Assembly (NCBI GenBank): GCA_964016885.1
Contig: OZ024744.1
Location: 92,442,001-92,506,000 of the forward strand
DNA: 64,000 nucleotides
Source: Eledone cirrhosa
Lineage: Eukaryota
Reading direction: 5' to 3'
Position numbers and translations under genes: made by a program. Each line of letters begins with the position of its first letter. The first letter of the stretch is position 1. This document shows positions 13,201 to 28,200 of the stretch, one piece after another. The notes under the pieces are model-generated. The model ran no database searches. It saw only the letters and a program-made list of their open reading frames with translations, and was not told where the DNA came from.

Positions 13201-16200
13201 CCAATCTACCACTGCCAATCTACTACTGCCAATCTACCACTGTCAATCTACTACTGCCAATCTATCACAGCCAATCTATTACTGCCAATCTACCACTGAC
13301 AGCCAATCTACCACTGCTAATCTACCACTGCCAATCTACCACTGCCAATCTACCACTGCCAATCTACTACTGCCAATCTGCTACTGCCAATCTACCCCTG
13401 CCAATCTACAACTGCCAATCTACTACTGCCAATCTACTTATGCCAATCTACTACCGCCAATCTACTGCTGCCAATATTCCACTGCAAACCTACTACAGCC
13501 AATCTACTACTGCCAATCTACTACTGCCAATCTACCACTGCAAATCTATTACTGCCAATCTACTACTGCCAATCTACCACTGCCAATCTACCACTGTCAA
13601 TCTGGTACTGCCAATCCGCTACTGCCAATCTACCACTACCAATGTACAACTGCAAATAAATCTACAACTGCAAATCTACTTCTGCCAATCTACTACTGCC
13701 AATCTACTACTGCCAATCTACTACAGCCAAGCTACCACTGCCAATCTACTACTGCCAATCTACTACTGCCAATCAACTACTGCCTATCTATCACTGCCAA
13801 TCTACCACTGCCAATATGCTACTGCCAACCTACTGCTGCCAATCTACTACTGCCAATCTACCACTTCCAATCTACCACTGCCAATCTACTACTGCCAATC
13901 TACTATTGCCAATCTACTACTGCCAATCTACCACTGCCAATCTACTACTGACAATCTACCACTGCCAATCTACTACTGCAAATCTACTACAGCCAATCTA
14001 CCACTGCCAATCTACTACTGCCAATCTACCACTGCCAATCTACTACTGCCAATCTACTACAGCCAATCTATTACTGCCAAACTACCAAGGACTGCCAATC
14101 TACCACTGCCAATCTACCACTGCCAATCTACCACATCCAATCTACCACTGCCAATCTACCACTGCCAATCTACTACTGCAAATCTACTACTACCAATCTA
14201 CTACTCCCAATCTATTACTGCCACTCTATCACTGCCAATCTACTACTGCCAATCTACTTATGCCAATCTACCACTGCAAATCTATTACTGCCAATCTACC
14301 ACTGCCAATCTAACACTGCCAATCTACCACTGCCAATCTACCACTGCCAATTCACCACTGCCAATCTACCACTGCCAATCTACCACTGCCAATCTACCAC
14401 TGCCAATCTACCACTGCCAATTCACCACTGCCAATCTACCACTGCCAATTCACCACTGCCAATCTACCACTGCCAATCTACCACTGCCAATTCACCACTA
14501 CCAATCTACTACTGCCAATCTACCACTGCCAATCTACCACTGCCAATCTACTACTCCCAATCTACCACTGCAAATCTATTACTGCCAATATACCACTGCC
14601 AATCTATCACTGCCAATTCACCACTGCAAATCTATTACTGCCAATCTATCACTGCCAATCTACCACTGCCAATCTACCACTGCCAATTCACCACTGCCAA
14701 TCTACTACTGCCAATCTACCACTGCCAATCTACTACTGCCAATCTACCACTGCCAATCTACCACTGCCAATCTACTACTGCCAATCTACCACTGCCAATC
14801 TACCATTGTCAATCTACCACTGCCAATCTACCACTGCCAATCTACTACTGCCAATCTACCACTGCCAATCTACTACTGCCAATCTACCACTGCCAATCTA
14901 CCACTGCCAATCTACCACTGCCTATTCACCACTGCCAATCTACCACTGCCTATTCACCACTGCCAATCTACTACTGCCAATCTACCACTGCCAATCTACC
15001 ACTGCCAATCTACCACTGCCTATTCACCACTGCCAATCTACTACTGCCAATCTACCACTGCCAAACTACCACTGCCAATCTACCATTGCCTATTCACAAC
15101 TGCCAATCTACTACGGCCAATCTACCACTGCCAATCTACCACTGCCAATCTACCACTGCCTATTCACCACTACCAATCTACTACTGCCAATCTACCACTG
15201 CCAATCTACCACTGCCAATCTACCACTGCCTATTCACCACTGCCAATCTACTACTGCCAATCTACCACTGCCAATCTACCACTGCCAATCTGCCACTGCC
15301 TATTCTCCACTGCCAATCTACTACTGCCAATCTACTACTGCCAATCTACCACTGCTAATCTACTACTGCCCTTCTACTACGGCCAATCTACTACTGCCAA
15401 TCTACCACAGCCAATCTACCACTGTCAATCTGGTACTGCCAATCCGCTACAGCCAATCTACCACTACCAATCTACTTCTGCCAATCTACTTCTGCCAATC
15501 TACTACTGCCAATCTACTACTGCCAATCTACCACTGCCAATCTACTACAGCCACTCTACTACTGCTAATCTACTAATGCGAAGCCACGACTACAAATCTA
15601 CTACTGCCAATCTGCTACTGCCAATCAACTACTGCCTATCTAAAACTGCCAATCTACCACTTCCAATCTGCTACAGCCAACCTACTACTGCCAATCAACT
15701 ACTGCAATCTACCACTGTCAATCTACTACAGCCATCTACCACTGCCAATCTACTACTGCGAATCTACTATTGCCTGTCTACTACTGCCAATCTACTATTG
15801 CCAATCTACTACTGCCAATCTACCACTGGCAATCTACTACTGCCAATCTATTACAGCCAATCTATTACTGCCAATCTACCACTGACAGCCAATCTACCAC
15901 TGCTAATCTACCACTGCCAATCTACCACTGCCGATCTACCACTGCCAATCTATTACTGCCTATCTACTACTGCCAATCTAACTCTGCCAATCTACCACTG
16001 TCAATCTGGTACTGCCAATCCGCTACTGCCAATCTACCACTACCAATCTACAACTGCAAATCTACTACTGCAAATCTACTTCTGCCAATCTACTACTGCC
16101 AATCTACTACTGCCAATCTACCACTGCCAATCTACTACAGCCACTCTACTACTGCCAATCTACTACAGCCAAGCTACCACTGCCAATCTACTACTGCCAA

Positions 16201-19200
16201 TCTACTACTGCCAATCAACTTCTGCCTATCTATCACTGCCAATCTACCACTGCCAATATGTTACTGCCAACCTACTGCTGCCAATCAACTACTGCCAATC
16301 TACCACTGCCAATCTACTACAGCCAATCTACCACTGCCAATCTATTACAAACAATCTACTACAACCAATCTACTACTGCCAATCTACTACTGCCAATCTA
16401 CCACTGCCAATCTGCCACTGCCATTCTACCACTGCCAATCTACAACTGCCAATCTGCTACTGCCAATCTACTTCTGTCAATTTACTACTGCCAATCTACT
16501 ACAACCAATCTACCTCTGCCAATCTACTACAGACAATCTACCACTGCCAATCTACTACTGCCAATCAACTACTACCTATCTACCACTGCCAATCTGCCAC
16601 TGCCAATCTGCTACTGCCAATCTAGTACAGCCAATCTACCACTGCTAATCTATCACTGCCAATCTACCACTGCCAATCTACTATTGCCAATCTACTACTG
16701 CCAATCTACTACTGCCAATCTACCACTGCTAATCTACTACAACCCTTCTACTACGGCCAATCTACTACTGCCAATCTACCACAGCCAATCTACCACTGTC
16801 AATCTGGTACTGCCAATCCGCTACTGCCATCTACCACTGCCAATCTACAACTACCAATCTACTACTGCCAATCTACTACTGCCAATCTACCACTGCCAAT
16901 CTACTACAGCCACTCTACTACTGCTAATCTACTAATGCCAAGCCACGACTACCAATCTACTACTGCCAATTTACTACTGCCAATCAACTACTGCCTATCT
17001 AAAACTGCCAAACTACAACAGCCAATCTGCTACTGCCAACCTACTACTGCCAATCAACTACTGCAATCTACCACTGTCAATCTACTACAGCCATCTACCA
17101 CTGCCAATCTACTACTGCGAATCTACTATTGCCTGTCTACTACTGCCAATCTACCACTGCCAATCTACTACTGCCAATCTACCACTGGCAATCTACTACT
17201 GCCAATCTATTACAGCCAATCTATTACTGCCAATCTACCACTGACAGCCAATCTACCACTGACAATCTACCACTGCTAATCTACCACTGCCAATATACTA
17301 CTGCCAATCTGCTACTGTCAATCTACCCCTGCCAATCTACAACTGCCAATCTACTACTGCCAATCTACTTATGCCAATCTACTACTGCCAATCTACTACT
17401 GCCAATATTCCACTGCAAATCTACTACAGCCAATCTACTACTGCCAATCTACTACTGCCAATCTACCACTGCAAATCTATTACTGCCTATCTACTACTGC
17501 CAATCTACCACTGCCAATCTACCACTGTCAATCTGGTACTGCCAATCCGCTACTGCCAATCTACCACTACCAATCTACAACTGCAAATAAATTTACTACT
17601 GCAAATCTACTTCTGCCAATCTACTACTGCCAATCTACTACTGCCAATCTACTACAGCCAAGCTACCACTGCCAATCTACTACTGCCAATCTACTACTGC
17701 CAATCAACTACTGCCTATCTATCACTGCCAATCTACCACTGCCAATATGCTACTGCCAACCTACTGCTGCCAATCAACTACTGCCAATCTACCACTGCCA
17801 ATCTACTACAGCCAACCTACTACTGCCAATCTACTACTGCCAATCTACCACTTCCAATCTACCACTGCCAATCTACTACTGCCAATCTACTATTGCCCAT
17901 CTACTACAGCCAATCTACCACTGCCAATCTACTACTGACAATCTACCACTGCCAATCTACTACTGCAAATCTACGACAGCCAATCTACTACTGCCAATCT
18001 ACTATTGCCAATCTACTACTGCCAATCTACCACTGCCAATCTACTACTGCCAATCTACCACTGCCAATTCACCACTGCAAATCTATTACTGCCAATCTAT
18101 CACTGCCAATCAACCACTGCCAATCTACCACTGCCAGTTCACCACTGCCAATCTACTAGTGCCAATCTACCACTGCCAATCTACCACTTCCAATCTACCA
18201 CTGCCAATCTACTACTGCCAATCTACTATTGCCAATCTACTACTGCCAATCTACCACTGCCAATCTACTACTGACAATCTACCACTGCCAATCTACTACT
18301 GCAAATCTACGACAGCCAATCTACTACTGCCAATCTACTATTGCCAATCTACTACTGCCAATCTACCACTGCCAATCTACTACTGCCAATCTATCACTGC
18401 CAATTCACCACTGCAAATCTATTACTGCCAATCTATCACTGCCAATCTACCGCTGCCAATCTACCACTGCCAGTTCACCACTGCCAATCTACTAGTGCCA
18501 ATCTACCACTGCCAATCTACTACTGCCAATCTACCACTGCCAATCTACCACTGCCAATCTACTACTGCCAATCTACCACTGCCAATCTACCACTGCCAAT
18601 CTACCACTGCCAATCTACCACTGCCAATCTACTACTGCCAATCTACCACTGCCAATCTACCACTGCCAATCTACCACTGCCTATTCACCACTGCCAATCT
18701 ACTACTGCCAATCTACCACTGCCAATCTACCACTGCCAATCTACCACTGCCTATTCACAACTGCCAATCTACTACGGCCAATCTACCACTGCCTATCTAC
18801 CACTGCCAATCTACCACTGCCTATTCACCACTGCCAATCTACTACTGCCAATCTACCACTGCCAATCTACCATTGCCAATCCACCACTGCCTATTCACCA
18901 CTGCCAATCTAGTACTGCCAATCTACCACTGCCAATCTACCACTGCCAATCTGCCACTGCCTATTCACCACTGCCAATCTACTACTGCCAATCTACCACT
19001 GCCAATCTACCACTGCCAATCTACCACTGCCAATCTACTACTGCCAATCTACCACTGCAAATCTATTTCTGCCAATTTACCACTGCCAATCTACTACTGC
19101 CATTCTACCACTGCCAATCTACCACTGCCAATCTACCACTGCCAATCTACTACTGCCAATCTACCACTGCAAATCTATTACTGCCAATCTACCACTGCCA

Positions 19201-22200
19201 ATCTACCACTGCCAATCTACCACTGCCAATTCACCACTGCCAATCTACCACTGCCAATCTACCACTGCCAATTCACCACTGTCAATCTACTACTGCCAAT
19301 CTACCACTGCCAATCTACCACTGCCAATCTACCACTGCCAATCTACTACTCCCAATCTACCACTGCAAATCTATTACTGCCAATATACCACTGCCAATCT
19401 ATCACTGCCAATTCACCACTGCCACTCTATCACTGCCAATCTACCACTGTCATTCTACTACTGCCAATCTACCACTGCCAATCTACCACTGCCAATCTAC
19501 TACTGCCAATCTACCACTGCCAATCTACCACTGCCAATCTACCACTGCCAATCTACTACTCCCAATCTACCACTGCAAATTTATTACTGCCAATATACCA
19601 CTGCCAATCTATCACTGCCAATTCACCACTGCAAATCTACTACTACCAATCTACTACTCCCAATCTATTACTGCCACTCTACCACTGCCTATTCACCACT
19701 GCCTATCTACTACTGCCAATCTACCACTGCCAATCTACCACTGCCAATCTACCACTGCCTATTCACAACTGCCAATCTACTACGGCCAATCTACCACTGC
19801 CTATCTACCACTGCCAATCTACCACTGCCAATTCACCACTGCCGATCTACTACTGCCAATCTACCACTGCCAATCTACCACTGCCAATCTACCACTGCCT
19901 ATTCACCACTGCCAAACTACTACTGCCAATCTACCACAGCCAATCTACCACTGCCAATCTACTAATGCAAATCTACTACTACCAATCTACTACTCCCAAT
20001 CTACTACTGCCACTCTATCACTGCCAATCTGCCACTGCCAATCTACCACTCTACAACTGCCAATCTACTACTGCCAATCTATTTATGCCAATCTACCACT
20101 GCAAATCTATTACTGCCAATTCACCACTGCCAATCTACCACTGCCAATCTACCACTGCCAATTCACCACTGCCAATCTACTACTGCCAATCTACCAATGC
20201 CAATCTACCACTGCCAATCTACCACTGCCAATCTACTACTGCCAATCTACCACTGCAAATCTATTTCTGCCAATCTACCACTGCCAATCTACCACTGCCA
20301 ATCTACCACTGCCAATTCACCACTGCCAATCTACCACTGCCAATTCACCACTGCCAATCTACTACTGCCAATCTACCACTGCCAATCTACCTCAGCCAAT
20401 CTACTACTGCCAATCTACCACTGCCAATCTACCACTGCCAATTCACCTCTGCCAATCTACTACTGCACATCTACTACTGCCAATCTACCACTGCCAATCT
20501 ACCACTGCCAATCTACCACTGCCAATCTACTACTGCCAATCTACCACTGCAAATCTATTACTGCCAATCTATCACTGCCAATCTACCACTGCCAATCTAC
20601 CACTGCCAATTCACCACTGCCAATCTACTACTGCCAATCTACCACTGCCAATTCACCACTGCCAATCTACCACTGCCAATCTACCACTGCCAATCTACCA
20701 CTGCCAATCTACTACTGCCAATCTACCACTGCCAATCTACCACTGCCAATCTACCACTGCCAATCTACCACTGCCAATCTACCACTGCCAATCTACTACT
20801 GCCAATCTACCACTACAAATCTATTACTGCCAATCTACCACTGCCAATCTACCACTGCCAATTCACCACTGCCAATCTACCACTACCAATCTCCCACTGC
20901 CAATTCACCACTGTCAATCTACTACTGCCAATCTACTACTGCCAATCTACCACTGCCAATCTACCACTGTCAATCTACTACTGCCAATCTACCACTGCCA
21001 ATCTACCACTGCCAATCTACCACTGCCAATCTACCACTGCCAATCTACCACTGCCAATCTACCACTGCCAATCTACTACTGCCAATCTACCACTGCAAAT
21101 CTATTACTTCCAATCTACCACTGCCAATGTACTACTGCCAATCTACCACTGCCAATCCACCACTGCCAATCTACCACTGCCAATCTACCACTGCTGATTC
21201 ACCACTGCCAATCTACTACTGCCAATCTACTACTGCCAATCTACTACTGCCAATCTACCACTGCCAATCTACCACTGTCAATCTACTACTGCCAATCTAC
21301 CACTGCCAATCTGCCACTGCCAATCTACCACTGACAATCTACTACTGCCAATCTACCACTGCCAATCTACCACTGCCGATCTACCACTGCCAATCTACCA
21401 CTGCCAATTCACCACTGCCAATCTACCACTGCCAATCTACCACTACCAATTCACCACTGCCAATCTACTACTGCCAATCTACCACTGCCAATCTACCACT
21501 GCCAATCTACTACTGCCAATCTACCTCTGCCAATCTACCACTGCCAATTCACCACTACCAATCTACTACTGCCAATCTACCACTGCCAATCTACCACTGC
21601 CAATCTAACACTGCCAATTCACCACTGCAAATCTATTACTGCCAATCTATCACTGCCAATCTACCACTGCCAATTCAACACTGCCAATCTATTACTGCCA
21701 ATCTACCACTGGCAATCTACTACTGCCAATCTACCACTGCCAATCAACCACTGCCAATCTACTACTGCCAATCTACCACTGCCAATCTACCACTGCCAAT
21801 CTAAAACTGCCAATCTACCACTGCCAATCTACTACTGCCAATATACCACTGCAAATCCATTACTGCCAATCTACCACTGCCAATCTACCACTGCCAATCT
21901 ACTACTGCCAATCTACCACTGACAATCTACCACTGCCTATTCACCACTGCCAATCTACTACTGCCAATCTACCACTGCCAATCTACCACTGCCAATCTAC
22001 CACTGCAAATCTACCACTGCCTATTCACCACTGCCAATCTACTACTGCCAATATGCTACTGCCAACCTACTGCTGCCAATCAACTACTGCCAATCTACCA
22101 CTGCCAATCTACTACAGCCAACCTACTACTGCCAATCTACTACTGCCAATCTACCACTTCCAATCTACCACTGCCAATCTACTACTGCCAATCTACTATT

Positions 22201-25200
22201 GCCCATCTACTACTGCCAATCTACCACTGCCAATCTACTACTGACAATCTACCACTGCCAATCTACTACTGCAAATCTACGACAGCTAATCTACCACTGC
22301 CAATCTACTACTGCCAATCTACCACTGCCAATTCACCACTGCAAATCTATTACTGCCAATCTATCACTGCCAATCTACCACTGCCAGTTCACCACTGCCA
22401 ATCTACTAGTGCCAATCTACCACTGCCAATCTACCACTTCCAATCTACCACTGCCAATCTACTACTGCCAATCTACTATTGCCAATCTACTACTGCCAAT
22501 CTACTACTGCCAATCTACTACTGACAATCTACCACTGCCAATCTACTACTGCAAATCTACGACAGCCAATCTACTACTGCCAATCTACTATTGCCAATCT
22601 ACTACTGCCAATCTACCACTGCCAATCTACTACTGCCAATCTATCACTGCCAATTCACCACTGCAAATCTATTACTGCCAATCTATCACTGCCAATCTAC
22701 CACTGCCAATCTACCACTGCCAGTACACCACTGCCAATCTACTAGTGCCAATCTACCACTGCCAATCTACTACTGCCAATCTACCACTGCCAATCTACCA
22801 CTGCCAATCTACTACTGCCAATCTACCACTGCCAATCTACTACTGCCAATCTACCACTGCCAATCTACCTCAGCCAATCTACTACTGCCAATCTACCACT
22901 GCCAATCTACCACTGCCAATTCACCTCTGCCAATCTACTACTGCACATCTACCACTGCCAATCTACCACTGCCAATCTACCACTGCCAATCTACCACTGC
23001 CAATCTACTACTGCCAATCTACCACTGCAAATCTATTACTGCCAATCTATCACTGCCAATCTACCACTGCCAATCTACCACTGCCAATTCACCACTGCCA
23101 ATCTACTACTGCCAATCTACCACTGCCAATTCACCACTGCCAATCTACCACTGCCAATCTACCACTGCCAATCTACCACTGCCAATCTACTACTGCCAAT
23201 CTACCACTGCCAATCTACCACACCCAATCTACCACTGCCAATCTACCACTGCCAATCTACCACTGCCAATCTACTACTGCCAATCTACCACTGCAAATCT
23301 ATTACTGCCAATCTACCACTGCCAATCTACCACTGCCAATTCACCACTGCCAATCTACCACTACCAATCTCCCACTGCCAATTCACCACTGTCAATCTAC
23401 TACTGCCAATCTACTACTGCCAATCTACCACTGCCAATCTACCACTGTCAATCTACTACTGCCAATCTACCACTGCCAATCTACCACTGCCAATCTACCA
23501 CTGCCAATCTACCACTGCCAATCTACCACTGCCAATCTACCACTGCCAATCTACTACTGCCAATCTACCACTGCAAATCTATTACTTCCAATCTACCACT
23601 GCCAATGTACTACTGCCAATCTACCACTGCCAATCTACCACTGCCAATTCACCACTGCCAATCTACCACTGCCAATCTACCACTGCTGATTCACCACTGC
23701 CAATCTACTACTGCCAATCTACTACTGCCAATCTACTACTGCCAATCTACCACTGCCAATCTACCACTGTCAATCTACTACTGCCAATTTACCACTGCCA
23801 ATCTGCCACTGCCAATCCACCACTGACAATTTACTACTGCCAATCTACCACTGCCAATCTACCACTGCCAATCTACCACTGCCAATCTACCACTGCCAAT
23901 TCACCACTGCCAATCTACCACTGCCAATCTACCACTGCCAATTCACCACTGCCAATCTACTACTGCCAATCTACCACTGCCAATCTACCACTGCCAATCT
24001 ACTACTGCCAATCTACCTCTGCCAATCTACCACTGCCAATTCACCACTACCAATCTACTACTGCCAATCTACCACTGCCAATCTACCACTGCCAATCTAA
24101 CACTGCCAATTCACCACTGCAAATCTATTACTGCCAATCTATCACTGCCAATCTACCACTGCCAATTCAACACTGCCAATCTACTACTGCCAATCTACCA
24201 CTGGCAATCTACTACTGCCAATCTACCACTGCCAATCAACCACTGCCAATCTACTACTGCCAATCTACCACTGCCAATCTACCACTGCCAATCTAAAACT
24301 GCCAATCTACCACTGCCAATCTACTACTGCCAATATACCACTGCAAATCCATTACTGCCAATCTACCACTGCCAATCTACCACTGCCAATCTACTACTAC
24401 CAATCTACCACTGCCAATCTACCACTGCCAATCTACCACTTCCTACTCACCACTGCCAATCTACTACTGCCAATCTACCACTGCCAATCTACCACTGCCA
24501 ATCTACCACTGCCAATTCACCTCTGCCGATCTACTACTGCCAATCTACCACTGCCAATCTACCACTGCCAATCTACCACTGCCAATCTACCACTGCCAAT
24601 CTACTACTGCCAATCTACCACTGCAAATCTATTACTGCCAATCTACCACTGCCAATCTACCACTGCCAATTCACCACTGCCAATCTACCACTACCAATCT
24701 CCCACTGCCAATTCACCACTGTCAATCTACTACTGCCAATCTACTACTGCCAATCTACCACTGCCAATCTACCACTGTCAATCTACTACTGCCAATCTAC
24801 CACTGCCAATCTACCACTGCCAATCTACCACTGCCAATCTACCACTGCCAATCTACCACTGCCAATCTACCACTGCCAATCTACTACTGCCAATCTACCA
24901 CTGCAAATCTATTACTTCCAATCTACCACTGCCAATGTACTACTGCCAATCTACCACTGCCAATCTACCACTGCCAATTCACCACTGCCAATCTACCACT
25001 GCCAATCTACCACTGCTGATTCACCACTGCCAATCTACTACTGCCAATCTACTACTGCCAATCTACTACTGCCAATCTACCACTGCCAATCTACCACTGT
25101 CAATCTACTACTGCCAATCTACCACTGCCAATCTGCCACTGCCAATCTACCACTGACAATCTATTACTGCCAATCTACCACTGCCAATCTACCACTGCCA

Positions 25201-28200
25201 ATCTACCACTGCGAATCTACCACTGCCAATTCACCACTGCCAATCTACCACTGCCAATCTACCACTGCCAATTCACCACTGCCAATCTACTACTGCCAAT
25301 CTACCACTGCCAATCTACCACTGCCAATCTACTACTGCCAATCTACCTCTGCCAATCTACCACTGCCAATTCACCACTACCAATCTACTACTGCCAATCT
25401 ACCACTGCCAATCTACCACTGCCAATCTAACACTGCCAATTCACCACTGCAAATCTATTACTGCCAATCTATCACTGCCAATCTACCACTGCCAATTCAA
25501 CACTGCCAATCTACTACTGCCAATCTACCACTGGCAATCTACTACTGCCAATCTACCACTGCCAATCAACCACTGCCAATCTACTACTGCCAATCTACCA
25601 CTGCCAATCTACCACTGCCAATCTAAAACTGCCAATCTACCACTGCCAATCTACTACTGCCAATATACCACTGCAAATCCATTACTGCCAATCTACCACT
25701 GCCAATCTACCACTGCCAATCTACTACTGCCAAGCTACCACTGCCAATCTACCACTGCCAATCTACCACTTCCTACTCACCACTGCCAATCTACTACTGC
25801 CAATCTACCACTGCCAATCTACCACTGCCAATCTACCACTGCCTATTCACCACTGCCAATCTACTACTGCCAATCTACCACTGCCAATCTACCACTGACA
25901 ATCTACCACTGCCTATTCACCACTGCCAATCTACTACTGCCAATATGCTACTGCCAACCTACTGCTGCCAATCAACTACTGCCAATCTACCACTGCCAAT
26001 CTACTACAGCCAACCTACTACTGCCAATCTACTACTGCCAATCTACCACTTCCAATCTACCACTGCCAATCTACTACTGCCAATCTACTATTGCCCATCT
26101 ACTACTGCCAATCTACCACTGCCAATCTACTACTGACAATCTACCACTGCCAATCTACTACTGCAAATCTACGACAGCCAATCTACCACTGCCAATCTAC
26201 TACTGCCAATCTACCACTGCCAATTCACCACTGCAAATCTATTACTGCCAATCTATCACTGCCAATCTACCACTGCCAATCTACCACTGCCAGTTCACCA
26301 CTGCCAATCTACTACTGCCAAGCTACCACTGCCAATCTACCACTGCCAATCTACCACTTCCTACTCACCACTGCCAATCTACTACTGCCAATCTACCACT
26401 GCCAATCTACCACTGCCAATCTACCACTGCCTATTCACTACTGCCAATCTACCACTACCAATCTACCACTGCCAATCTACCACTGCAAATCTACCACTGC
26501 CTATTCACCACTGCCAATCTACTACTGCCAATATGCTACTGCCAACCTACTGCTGCCAATCAACTACTGCCAATCTACCACTGCCAATCTACTACAGCCA
26601 ACCTACTACTGCCAATCTACTACTGCCAATCTACCACTTCCAATCTACCACTGCCAATCTACTACTGCCAATCTACTATTGCCCATCTACTACTGCCAAT
26701 CTACCACTGCCAATCTACTACTGACAATCTACCACTGCCAATCTACTACTGCAAATCTACGACAGCCAATCTACCACTGCCAATCTACTACTGCCAATCT
26801 ACCACTGCCAATTCACCACTGCAAATCTATTACTGCCAATCTATCACTGCCAATCTACCACTGCCAATCTACCACTGCCAGTTCACCACTGCCAATCTAC
26901 TAGTGCCAATCTACCACTGCCAATCTACCACTTCCAATCTACCACTGCCAATCTACTACTGCCAATCTACCACTTCCAATCTACCACTGCCAATCTACTA
27001 CTGCCAATCTACTATTGCCAATCTACTACTGCCAATCTACTACTGCCAATCTACTACTGACAATCTACCACTGCCAATCTACTACTGCAAATCTACGACA
27101 GCCAATCTACTACTGCCAATCTACTATTGCCAATCTACTACTGCCAATCTACCACTGCCAATCTACTACTGCCAATCTACCACTGCCTATTCACCACTGC
27201 CAATCTACTACTGCCAATCTACCACTGCCAATCTACCACTGCCAATCTACCACTGCCTATTCACAACTGCCAATCTACTACGGCCAATCTACCACTGCCT
27301 ATCTACCACTGCCAATCTACCACTGCCTATTCACCACTGCCAATCTACTACTGCCAATCTACCACTGCCAATCTACCATTGTCAATCCACCTCTGCCTAT
27401 TCACCACTGCCAATCTACTACTGCCAATCTACCACTGCCAATCTACCACTGCCAATCTGCCACTGCCTATTCACAACTGCCAATCTACTACTGCCAATCT
27501 ACCACTGCCAATCTACCACTGCCAATCTACCACTGCCAATCTACTACTGCCAATCTACCACTGCATATCTATTTCTGCCAATTTACCACTGCCAATCTAC
27601 TACTGCCATTCTACCACTGCCAATCTACCACTGCCAATCTACTACTGCCAATCTACCACTGCCAATCTACCACTGCCATATCACCACGGCTAATCTACCA
27701 CTGCCAATCTACCACTGCCAATCTACCACTGCCAATCTACCACTGCCAATCTACTACTGCCAATCTACCACTGCCAATCTACCACTGCCAATCTACCACT
27801 GCCAATCTACCACTGCCAATCTACTACTGCCAATCTACCACTGCAAATCTATTACTGCCAATCTACCACTGCCAATCTACCACTGCCAATCTACCACTGC
27901 CAATCTACCACTGCCATATCACCACGGCCAATCTACCACTGCCAATCTACCACAGCCAATCTACCACTGCCAATCTACCACTGCCAATCTACTACTGCCA
28001 ATCTACCACTGCCAATCTACCACTGCCAATCTACCACTGCCAATCTACCACTGCCAATCTACTACTGCCAATCTACCACTGCAAATCTATTACTGCCAAT
28101 CTACCACTGCCAATCTACCACTGCCAATCTACCACTGCCAATTCACCACTGCCAATCTACCACTGCCAATCTACCACTGCCAATTCACCACTACCAATCT